Assembly (NCBI GenBank): GCA_037379345.1
Contig: CM074521.1
Coordinates: 8,556,001-8,620,000 of the forward strand
Direction: 5' to 3'
DNA: 64,000 nt
From: Perna viridis
Lineage: Eukaryota
The position numbers and the translations under genes were made by a program. Within the stretch, counting starts at the first letter, position 1, and the number at the start of each line of letters is the position of its first letter. The notes under the pieces are model-generated. The model worked only from the letters and a program-made list of their open reading frames with translations, was not told the DNA's origin and did no database searches. This document shows, piece by piece, positions 41,801-52,048 of this stretch.

Positions 41801-42287
41801 TCGGATTTTGGGGTTTGTAAGATCATACATGAGTGCATAGGAAACACTGTAGATAAGACAGCTAGAATGTCATCGAGTACTTATAAATATGGTAACTGTG
41901 CAAAACACATACAATAAAGCAAATTAATATGAAAGAAAGACCGTCCATACTAAAGTTTACAGTAAATTACTCTCACCAAAACAAGATATTAGGGATAGGA
42001 GTACGAGTCGTTTAAATAGTTTTCCTAAAAAAAAAATCAAAAAACATTAAACAAAAAACAAAAAAACAAAACAAAACAAAACAAACAACATATATCAAAG
42101 AAAGATAACTCCGTGTTTACACATTGCCTACCATCGTTATTTTTGTCGATTCTAGTAGCATTTCCTTGCATCCAGAAATAGTCTCCGATCCCGGGGCACC
42201 CATCGCCAAAGGGGTGATTGGAATTTCTTTTCGTTCATCGTATAATTCCAAGTCTTCGAATAAATCACGTTTTGGTATGATCGACAT
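31328..42287 (-). CDS. PLP-dependent aminotransferase class I/II, paralog B, 418 aa
   Basis: Minus-strand exons 42287-42132, 39713-39601, 37246-37092, 36365-36216, 35561-35438, 34915-34793, 34222-34108, 33400-33329, 32138-32035 and 31472-31328 total 1257 nt and are open. Motifs FQYGP, AGATHG, VEDPTY, SNPRG, EDVY, TFSK-ILAPGLRLGW, GGFFLW, CIRIS. Internal exon lengths are identical to paralog A. Confidence 0.93.
31680..32040. repeat. Degenerate 52-60 bp tandem repeat containing copies of the exon 9 donor site of paralog B
   Basis: Core caatt.tgattggataa appears at least five times. Units end cctacctagg, ctcacctggat and cttacctggat (the real donor). Confidence 0.8.
34253..34595 (-). mobile_element. 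Degraded tRNA-derived SINE
   Basis: B-box-like ggttcgatcct on the minus strand near 34535-34545 and a (CAAT)n-type tail at 34253-34275. Confidence 0.5.
35165..35331. mobile_element. GGATCC-terminus MITE, sister of 40721..40886
   Basis: ggatccaggatttgagtttagg...gcaaagcaaggcaaaaaata...gccagtccttggatccg. Confidence 0.7.
35817..35889. repeat. (AT)n microsatellite
   Basis: About 36 uninterrupted AT units. Confidence 0.97.
38925..39210 (+). mobile_element. Degraded Nin-domain-like SINE/retroelement remnant
   Basis: tttaacccaaccgcatattttgctcatgtctcaagtcagcagtttctggcc resembles the Nin-domain core as I recall it; later segment ttgaagacccatgggtggccttg. Confidence 0.4.
39324..39534 (-). mobile_element. 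Kolobok-like MITE, copy 5
   Basis: Same family; ends GGTCTACCTCC|ttaa. Confidence 0.8.
40721..40886. mobile_element. GGATCC-terminus MITE
   Basis: CAGGGGTGGATCCA...TGGACCCGCCCCTG termini; sister of 35165..35331. Confidence 0.7.
41040..41580. mobile_element. Foldback-type non-autonomous element(s) with long inverted arms
   Basis: cacatactgcctgta...gggtgttac pairs with gtaacaccc...tacaggcagtatgtg (41447-41571). Repeated gatatatcac motifs. A second, imperfect inverted pair spans 41050-41190. Confidence 0.5.
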
Positions 42288-43267
42288 TTTTCATTTGCTT
42301 TGTAGACAGCGACAGCTCAAATATGACATGTATGGAGGACCAAAGGCGTTATAAAATGTCATACGACTAGCTGTTACACTCTTCACTGGGGAATATGGTT
42401 CATAAGTCTCGTCATATGACTCCGTGGTTTCACGAGAGTAGATCCTAGTCTACCATTCAATCTTTAGAGATTTGCCATTTTCAGAGCGTTAGGTTCAGTA
42501 TTAAAAGCAAAACATATTTTCGTGTAAAAAATACCCATAAAAATGACAAATAAATATATTCACATGACAAAAGTGCAAAGACAAAGTGTAAAATAGAATG
42601 TTTAGCATTGTAATAAGCGTTTCGAGATCCTAGAAGTAAACAATAAAATGCAGACCGGTTTTCGGGTTCTCTCTTATCCCCGAAAATTTACCCTTATCCT
42701 CGAAATTAAAACAAATGATATTCCAGTAGTGGGCTTAGTCCAGTACAATCCCATAAATTTAGTCGTTAAACTTGGTCAATGTCATAGCAAGTGTATGAGT
42801 CATCAACATAAGGGTTTTGGAGAGCTAAAAGACAAAGTAACTTTGAATCATAATAATTGTTATTTCATTGTTTTGTTTTGTTCTGTTTTTTTAATGAATA
42901 TTCATGTAGTTGAAAATTTTCACTTATTCGACTGATGCTGTTTCGGTGGTTAGTGCATAAACAACATTATTTTAGAAGAATGAAGGATAAGAGTATTGAA
43001 TATTTCGAGGTTATGAGTTAAGTAGTACCCCAGCTAAGAATCATGCAATGTTATGCATGGTAGGCCAGACTACATATCTTTTTTTTTTGTATTTTGTTAA
43101 AAAATGTATGGGAAACAGAAATTAACATATGGCTGTTCAGATAACCCATGTTCAACCCTAGACTCCTAATGCATGTAGTAAATCAAATCACACCAAAGGT
43201 CAGCGGTCAAAGTGGTGAATATTCATAAACTGGGATTGGAGAGGGCCAATTACACCATGGAGCAGAG

Positions 43268-43436
43268 TATTATGATATTGATGTGTAATTCAGTTATTTC
43301 AGAACACGGTTTTCAGATATCTGTCAATTTGTAGTTCTTCTCATATTTTTGTAATAATAAGTTTTCTTATATTATAATTATTTCATATGATTACGGATTT
43401 ATACTTCAGTGATGTCCGGAATCGCATAACATAATA
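43268..43436 (+). repeat. 5' LTR (169 bp)
   Basis: Identical by eye to 51580..51739 except a 9-bp insertion (cggaatcgc). Termini TATTATG...CATAATA. Confidence 0.92.
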
Positions 43437-43437
43437 A

Positions 43438-43956
43438 CAAAAATTCCAGGAACTTTCATCTAGACATCTCACTATATATATTTGGTTAGGGACATGCGAT
43501 TTAACTGAGAAACGTGGGAAATATGTACATTTAGTGTCTACAGGGAATGAACAAGTACAGCAAATCTGCGATAACTATAAGAAAATATACAAATATTTCC
43601 CAACAGTTAAATTAGTTTTCCTCGAAATTTTGTTTTATTCTGTGTTTTTGTGGAACTTGTCAACGGGACACCCGCAACCAGAAGAATTCCGGGAAACAGA
43701 TAAGATCCTTGAAGGACAAGTTTCTCAAGTTAATAAATTTATTAGGGAAACTAACTTACTTCTCAGAGGAAATTCACCGAACTTTGGACTTGATTTTCAA
43801 AGAGTAAGGAAACATGCAAACTGTGCACCAGTTTACTCAAATAATTACGGACTGTATATAGATGGAATTCACCCTCACCCGGACTTAGCACGTCTCTGGT
43901 TGATCAGAATTATGACACGACTTGTTGAGGACTGTAAAAATACAAATTTGTTATAA
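43438..43956 (+). pseudogene. 5'-truncated SGNH/GDSL hydrolase-like ORF inside the Gypsy element
   Basis: Frame is open from 43438: ...TIYIWLGTCDLT (block III-like)...LYIDGIHPHP (block V DxxH). Block I (GDS) is absent. Confidence 0.75.
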
Positions 43957-44009
43957 TTCCAATTTTGATCGTCTCTATTTTATGCCTGTCTATGTAGTAT
44001 ATAGGGAAG

Positions 44010-44122
44010 GTGAGATTTATCTCATGCCCACTGCCCGATTATAATGTGAGATTTATCTCATTTAATACACTGTAGTGACATTTTTCCTAGCATTACTTAT
44101 AACAGTGTGAGATTGATCTCAT
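44010..44122 (+). promoter_or_regulatory. Array of three GTGAGA-N4-TCTCAT hairpin motifs
   Basis: Copies at 44010, 44046 and 44107 with unrelated spacers. Confidence 0.7.
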
Positions 44123-44199
44123 CTCTCAGACTCTGCAATGTAGGTAATTTTACCCATTTATTTTGTGTTATTGTTCCATGCATATATGTACATGAATCT

Positions 44200-45453
44200 A
44201 TGTCGTCGCCCGAATCAGATGGTGAGAACGAATTAATTTTATCAGACGATTTTCTGTTACATAACCAAACAACAAGTTGAACAAGATATCGGTTATCTAT
44301 TACAAAATTCTTCAAGAAATTCACACGATCCTTTCGATTTTGGAATATTTGAAATTTCAGAACAGGATGAACAGGACATAGATTATTTTTCGCACGATCC
44401 TACAAGAAATTTAAACGATTTTTTTTATTTACCTGAGGTAAATACACCTGCAACTCCAGCTAGGTTACAATTACATGTAGGTCCAGATAACTTACAAAAT
44501 CATAAAATTATGGAAAAATTAGCAAGTTGTAGAAACTTTGGTGGCTATCCTCATGAAAAGGCATCTCAGTTTTTAGCCGAATTCGAATCAAATGCAATTC
44601 TTCATAATATTATGCCTGATGAAGATGCAAGAAAAATAGCAGTCCTTCATTTACATTTGTGTGGACCAGCCCTTACATGGTTTAACTCGTTAGGGTCTGA
44701 TAAATCTTTTTTGGCGAAATTTCCTACGCATATTCAAACAAAAGTACACAGAAGTAGATCTAAACAGCCCAAGTTTATTGCTTGAAAGTGAGGCATTCTA
44801 ATCTACAAGGTGGACACAAGGACAAACCATTGATGATTTTTATTCTCAGCTTTTAGAAAGAGCTACAATATTGCATAAGAATGATAATGAAATTTTGATA
44901 AAATTTATCAAAGGGCTACCGGATCAGCTAGCCTTTTTCGTAAGAGCAGGTAACCACACTGACAGTTCAAGCGCATTATCTGCAGCCAAAATGGGCGAGG
45001 CCTATGGGTACCGGTCAAGCAATATTCCGCTAGTGGCCGCAGCTAAACCGGTCACAAATAAAAAATCAGTTTGCAAGTGTTCAAGATTTGCAAAATTTAA
45101 AAGCTAGTGTTCTTGATGAATTTCAGGGGCAAATTAACTCGTTAACACAAGCAATTTCTAATTTGAGTACAGATTTGTCACGTCAAAAAGGTGGAAATAT
45201 AGAGAATCATATTTCTCGCCCTCGAGATAGAGGCAACATGACACCAACAGCTCATAATTTGTGCCGAAAGTGTAATTCACCGGGTCATTTTGCACGCGCG
45301 TGTAACTGGAATGAACAGGGCAATATATATCCCAAAGCTCAATGTAATACTTGTGGACAATCTGGCCATAAAGCGCCCCAGTGTGTTAAATATCGTTCGG
45401 GAAACAAGAGGACCCCGGGGTTCACAGAGCAAGACCCCCGGGAGGGACGTTAA
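44200..45453 (+). pseudogene. gag: gag, with stops and frameshifts
   Basis: FLAEFES...LHLCGPALTWF and KFIKGLP capsid-like segments. Knuckles CRKCNSPGHFARAC and CNTCGQSGHKAPQC. Confidence 0.88.
45399..45442 (+). promoter_or_regulatory. -1 programmed ribosomal frameshift signal (gag-pol)
   Basis: G GGA AAC in gag frame, followed about 8 nt later by the GC stem cccgggg...ccccggg. The -1 frame is open into the protease at 45597. Confidence 0.8.
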
Positions 45454-48400
45454 GTGAAAATGACGTAGAAATAGAAGCCCGTGAATCAAAGTCTAATTTA
45501 ACGTCACCAGAACCAGAAAATATTAATTCACGTACTTCAACAACTTCACATTTTGGTAGCGATCATGACATAAGTAGTGAATTTAAATTTCTTTATTTGC
45601 CTGTTAAAATTTCTAATCACGAGATTTCAGCACGGATAGACACAGGAAGTTCTATAAATGTAATTTCAGTTCAACTTTATAATTTAATACCAGACTCCTT
45701 CAAATCTAAATTTACTGCCACAAATGAATATATTATTTCAGCAAATAACCAAAGGGTTCAAATCTACGGTACTGCCGATATTAAAGTTTCTACGCCGAAT
45801 GGAAAACATTGGATAAATGTGTATATATTAGCACAAACTTTTCATCTATTCATTTAAGGAACAAGTTACCTAATTTCACACAAGGTTATTCTAGACTTTA
45901 CTGATTTAAGCGGTGGATCTAAGCATTTTAAGGTAAAAACACAACATGAAGTATCTATTCCTCCCAATACCGAAATATTAGTATGGGGGAAAGTTGGTGG
46001 AAAAGCCCGGTTTGGAATGCAAGGCCTGTGTGTTATTAAAATAAATCAAGACCGAGGCGTTATTATCTCAAAGGCAATAGTTACTGTAAATAATGATAAA
46101 CTTGTACCTGTTAAAATTTTAAATTTTACAAATGAGATTGTCCATGTGAATAAAGGACAGATTTTAGCTGATTTAGAATTACTATCTAAAGAACATATAT
46201 GTATATCAGTAAGTGACGATAGTGACACTCATTTTGTGCAAAATATTCAATTAGCAAAGGACAAATTAGATATAAAATGTGAGACAGCTGACTCTAAATT
46301 GTTGTCATATTTTAATTTGCCTGATCGATTATCGGAACAACAAAAGGCCTGTATGGTTCAATTATTACAATCTCACAAGGAGATTTTTGTAACTGACGAG
46401 AATCCTAATTTGGGATACACAGACATTGTGAAACATAATATTTGCCTTAATCCTAATTTCCAACCTAAACATCAGCGATCGTACCGATTGACTCCGGAAA
46501 AGAAAGAAATTTTAAGGCACCATCTAGATGAACTTATGCGCCAGGGAGTAATATCTCCGGTTGATGAATGTGAGGACATCCCTATTACAAGTCCCATAGT
46601 ACTCGTTTCAAAAAGAGTTCATGTGAATAATTCTTCAGAAAAAATTTCCAAGGAAAATAGTTTATCTAAATTTCGTGTTTGCTGTGATTTTCGATATTTG
46701 AATAGCCAAACTCAACATTTTAGTTACAGTATTCCTGATTTGCAAGACTTGACAGAGTCTTTTTCAACAAAAAAGCCAAATTTTCTAACTTCCACTGATC
46801 TCTCTTCTGGATTTTTCCAGCTTCCAATTGTAAATGACAGTCAAAAGTACACTGCATTTAACACGTGCTTCGGGACGTTCAAATTTTTTAGATTACCGAT
46901 GGGACTCAGTTCATCGCCACCCTCTTTCCAACTTTTAATGGACAAAGTTTTGAAGGGACTTACTTTTAAGTCATGCCTGTGTTATCTCGATGATGTACTA
47001 ATAGCGTCGGAAACTTTTGAGGAGCACATCAGTGATTTGAATGAAGTTTTTACTAGATTAAAAACTGCGGGTTTAAAACTAGGCCCCAAGAAATGTGTGT
47101 TTGCTCAAGAATCTTGTATTTATTTGGGACATAAAATTTCAAGTAGAGGAATTGAGCCACCCCCTGATCGTATTAGGGCACTCGAGGATTATCCGGCGCC
47201 AAAAAGTGTTAAGGAATTGCGCCGTTTGATTGGTCTTCTCAACTGGTTCCGCAAGTACATACCCAACTATAGTGCAGAAATGGAACCCCTAACAAAACTT
47301 TTGAAAAAATTCGTCCGTTTCGAGTGGAAAATTGAACAACAACGAGCATTTGAGAGAGTAAAATCATTATTGATAAATTCACCTGTTTAAGCTTTTCCTG
47401 ATTATAACCTACAATTTCGCATTGCAGTTGATTCTTCAAGTAAGGGAATTGGTTACTTATTATATCAAATTGACGACAACAGTGAAGTGCGAGTTGTAAG
47501 ACTCGGATCAAAAGCGTTGAGTAGATGGCAAAAGGCCTATGGACCAACAAAGCTGGAAATGCTTGGAATGGTAACGGCTGTGCTCGAATGTTCATCTTAT
47601 CTCCGGACTAAACCATTCATAATTGAATGCGAGCATCAAGCTTTAAAGCCTCTGTTCAATAATCGTCTTAAGGGTGCGATATTCGAGCGCTGGATAGCAA
47701 TTCTCCAGCAGTATAATTTTGAAATTAAATACAAAGCTGCTAAAGAAATGCAAGTTCCTGATGCACTGTCAAGATGTGTGCGAAATTCAACAAATACATT
47801 CGACAGTCCAGAAGAGGAAGATCCATTCTTTCCTTATCATCAGGAGACAGCAGGAAATATAATTGTTCCGGAGGGAAAGCTATTTCCATCCATAGTAAGA
47901 AATGCGACATCAAGTGATGATGAAATTCCGCAAATAAATAACATTTGTTTGCCACATACAATGCCGAAAAATGATTTTACGGCAAATTTTCCTCACAAAC
48001 GACTTGATTTTAAATACTCTAATGAATTTGTTGCTAATACCGAGGATGTTGAACCAATTTTTAAAACATCGCCAGTAAAACAAAAATTGAGATCAAAGCT
48101 GCAAGCGCACCCCATTGAAACGAGTGTTCAAATAAAAGAAGTTCAAAAACCTATAAATTCAAACGAAGTCGGACAAACAGAATCTTCCGTAGCTAGGAAT
48201 GATATAGACATACTCAATGAGACGATTGACAATAAATTGAATAGTTCTTCCGATATTCAGGATGCATCTACAGAACCGATCCAAGTTCAATATTTTGATC
48301 AAAGTACAGAGAGCGCTGATAACTCAGCAGTTGGAAAAGTGTTTGATCAAACAACTGATATTGAAACTGTTAATCAGGAATCGAAAAATTTGCTATCAAC

Positions 48401-50108
48401 AGAAAAATGACGAACAAATTAATGATGCTAATTTGAACTCAATAAAAGTGTTACGTGAACAAGGGTTAACACGCGAGTCAATAATTAAGCTTCAGAGTCA
48501 AGATCAATATTGTAAACCAATTATTGAGTACCTAGATAAAGACAGACTTCCAAAATCACAAAAGGATTCAAGAAAACTTTTACTTTTCACTATATTGATG
48601 GATTATTGTTTCATTGTCGAACGAAAAAATCAGCTCGTACTAAAATAATGAATAACTACCAACTTGTCATACCTGAAATTTTGATTAAAAGTTTGCTTTC
48701 TTTGTACCATGAATCTACATTAGCTGGGCATAGTGGCATACGAAATACTTTGGATTTAGTTAGTGAACAATATTTCATTCCTCAAATGAGTCAAAAAGTT
48801 ACAAATTTTGTCCGTTCTTGTCATGAATGTCAGAGCAGGAAAAATACTACTTTGAAAACAAAAGGAAATGTTACTGCTTTCCCTACACCGTATGCTCCAT
48901 TTGAAGTATGGGAAATGGATTTACAATATGGTCCCGTTCCAATGTCTCGTTCTGGAAACGCCTATATTTTTACGGCGATAGATTTATACAGCAAATATAT
49001 GTTTGCAGAGGCTATTCCAAATACGGACCCACTAACAGTAGCGAATGCCTTATTTAAATTAGTTACTCAATTTGGAGTGTGTAAAACTATTGTGACCGAC
49101 CAAGGCTCGGAATTTATTGGAAAATGTTTCAAGGAAGTTTGTCGATTATTTGACATTGTACAGGAATATACACCCAGTTTCACACACCATTGCCTGGGAG
49201 CATGTGAAAGGCCACATCGAACTTTATCAGAAAGATTAACTAAGTTTTCTCCGTTTGAAGTGGTGTACGGGACAAAGCCTAAATTTCCATTATCTGTCCA
49301 CATTAAAGACACTGATTTCACGTCCTTACCGAAAGACTGTCATGAATATATACGTCAACATGTCGAAAAGCTGAACATAATTCGCAAACAAGTTGAGACA
49401 AATATTGTAACATCTCAAAGCAAGATGCTCGACAGAGTAAATAGTGACAAAATACCAACAAATTTTAATGTAAGTGATTATGTATATTTATTGAAGGAGC
49501 CGACGGGCCAAGGACAGAAGTATAAAAATAAATTTGCTGGTCCATATGTAGTATCAGATATTCACAGCCCACATATGTATAAATTGAAGGATCCTTGTAC
49601 AGGAAAATTATTTTCACAACCTATTCATGTTAATAGAATAAAATCTGCTTATATGCGTGTTCCTAATCCTTCAAATTATTTTCTTGATCAAGTTATCACA
49701 CAACAACCCGTGGAACATATATCTAGTGACATTGAGCATCAGTCGGAATCAGATAAATCACCAAGTGCTCAAAATAATAGTAATGAAAGTGAACACGAAC
49801 AGGCGGACAAGTCAGTTAATGAGGAATTATCGGATAGAGGAAGACCTAAACGAACAATTATAATACCGGAAAGATTTCGAGATGAAAATTTTGTGAATGA
49901 CAATGATATGAGTAGTGTTTCTGAGGACTTTTCCGAGACCATAATGAAAGTGAAAAGATTTCTCGCTCAGAAAACGGAAAACGGGAAAAAACTGTTTTTA
50001 GCTCATATAGTCGGAGAGCCTGCCCAGCACGCAATCTGGCTACAGGAAAATCAGTTGGGACCAAAGGCGAAAGCGAAATTAAATTCTCGCCCACCGCCAG
50101 TAGTATGA
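45399..50108 (+). pseudogene. pol: pol (protease, RT, RNase H, integrase, C-terminal chromo-like domain), disrupted
   Basis: In-frame TAA at 45855 and 47388, frameshifts near 48405 and 48590, and an apparent deletion in the integrase core after LSERLT. Confidence 0.92.
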
Positions 50109-50161
50109 TTTTGATGTTATATATTCTAACACGGATGCTTGATGTAACTTTGTAAATAATA

Positions 50162-50537
50162 TAGTCCGTGAGAATTTATCTCATGACTAGTTTTCGTATA
50201 TAAAACAACTCTTTGATTTGATATATTTAATTTGCTTGTGAGAATTTATCTCATAGCATCCGTTTACTGCAGGACCTAATTTTGGAAGACGGATTTTGAA
50301 CCAGTCAGATGCACATGCCTATTGTTAGTGAGATTAATCTCATAACAACGTTTATAGACTCTTATGTAAATATAAAATACATGGAAAGAATCCATAGAAG
50401 TTCTTATGCAGATAGTGCACCGTGAACATTTTTTTTTCAGAAATAATTATGATTGATGCAAACCCTGAATTTGATAAGTGTAATTATCCTCCAAGACGAA
50501 GTTGCAGTAACACATCTGTGAGATTAATCTCATGATG
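50162..50537 (+). promoter_or_regulatory. Array of four bulged GTGAGA-N4/5-TCTCAT hairpins
   Basis: Copies at 50168, 50238, 50328 and 50518, each with a different but complementary 4-5 bp basal stem. Confidence 0.75.
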
Positions 50538-51570
50538 AATATTCATATTGACTTTTGATACCAACGGACAATTTTGAAACTTTTGCTAAAATTTTGATGT
50601 TGATTAATTTGTTAGTTAATATTTTTACTTGAATATTCCGGCATCACTGATCAAGTTGTTGTGTATATTATAACCATATTTTTCATCACCATGGTGACCT
50701 ATTTTTACAACATTTTCATTGTTTCCGATTCACTTTTCCTTACATATAAGAACATTGACTTCAAGTTGAACACCATATGAAAGTATATAAATGCGTTTGT
50801 CTACAGTATTTTGTTAATATAATTTTTCACAAGTATTTACTTTAAAAGTGAATTTTGACATCTCAAAAATTTATAGTTGAAATTTTTAAATATTTTTGTT
50901 TGCAACAAAGAGTTTCAGTGTGGATTTAATTTAATTTAATTTAATTTTTTGTATTCAAGTCATAATTTTATATCAGTCTAGTAATCTTTAGTAGGACATT
51001 GAAGAGAGTTATGACCCCTGCCAAGTTCGATAATAGGTATATTATAGCGTTGTATCACAAAAGAGGTTGTATGATTTTCTGTCTATATGGTTATATATGT
51101 CACTCACAAATAAAACCTAATGTAGCAGTGCTTTTAGTGGTCAAATGTGAAAATGTGTGTGTGAAAATGCGAAATTCGTGTCTGGTACATGTAATTTATG
51201 TTTAAAAGAGAGTGAGAGAGAATGAAGCTGTTTGAAGTGGTCATCACTATACGCATTTTCTACTAAATAAGAGTTTTAAGGTCTCTAGTGATTCCATATA
51301 ATTTGTTATATTTAACTTGCCATTCTTTTGACGCATAGGATTATCATACATGTTTCACTCTAAATATGTGTTATACAAAAAGCTTACCGAGAATATTATC
51401 GCTATGATCTTGAGATTTGAGTTGAAAGTGGTTTTGATTTTAGTGTTATAGTAGTGTGTATCAGGTAATTGCTCAGTGGATAAGAGTGGTGGAAAATATT
51501 TTTTTTTGGTGGCGTATGAAGTGAGTTTAAAACTGAATCCCACATGTAAAATTCCGGGGAATTTTCTTCT

Positions 51571-51579
51571 GGTGGGGGA
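51571..51579 (+). other. Polypurine tract
   Basis: GGTGGGGGA directly abuts the 3' LTR. Confidence 0.8.
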
Positions 51580-51739
51580 TATTATGATATTGATGTGTAA
51601 TTCAGTTATTTCAGAACACGGTTTTCAGATATCTGTCAATTTGTAGTTCTTCTCATATTTTTGTAATAATAAGTTTTCTTATATTATAATTATTTCATAT
51701 GATTACGGATTTATACTTCAGTGATGTCATAACATAATA
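51580..51739 (+). repeat. 3' LTR (160 bp)
   Basis: Direct repeat of 43268..43436. Confidence 0.92.
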
Positions 51740-51897
51740 TACATGTACAGCCTCGTTTTGGAGAGTTGGAATAAAAATGTCGTTAAGATAAAACGTGGTT
51801 TTTGTAGAGCTAGTTCCCAATCCAAAAATACGGAAAATATAAGTAAAACCAAAGTTGTGACAAGAGGTCAACGTGGTGAATATTCATTGACTGGGAT

Positions 51898-52048
51898 TAA
51901 AACATAAACAACCTAATAACCAAAAAAATAAAAAAAATAAAACATAAAACAACCTAATTACAAAAAAAAATTAAAACATAAAACAACCTAATAACCAAAA
52001 AAAAAGAGAAAAATTAAAACATAGAAACACCCTAATAACCAAAAAAAA
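51898..52048. repeat. A-rich tandem repeat, 4 units of about 35-40 bp
   Basis: aaaacataaaacaacctaataaccaaaaaa units. Confidence 0.8.

Larger units (their letters stand above)
43268..51739 (+). mobile_element. Ty3/Gypsy LTR retrotransposon with decayed ORFs: LTR - SGNH ORF - gag - PR-RT-RH-IN - LTR
   Basis: Direct repeats at both ends, PPT GGTGGGGGA, two CCHC knuckles, IDTGS protease, LPMG...YLDD RT, RNase H, and HHCC/DDE integrase in Gypsy order. Confidence 0.96.

Noticed and set aside
43437-43444. Tf1-style self-priming site (acaaaaat complementary to atttttgt in the LTR)
   Set aside because: Only 8 AT-rich bases, and the segment reads as SGNH coding sequence.
44010-50533. CRISPR-like reading of the palindromic repeats with unique spacers
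   Set aside because: Repeats are only 16-17 bp, spacers vary from about 20 to 175 bp, there are no cas genes, and the context is a eukaryotic retrotransposon.
50600-51560. env-like third ORF in the long 3' region
   Set aside because: Only short AT-rich ORFs with no signal peptide, TM segment or fusion-protein motif.
43205-51898. Similar 33-bp segments on both flanks of the Gypsy element (ggtcaa.gtggtgaatattcat..actgggatt) as a large TSD
   Set aside because: They are diverged and do not abut the LTR ends; more likely an older local repeat.
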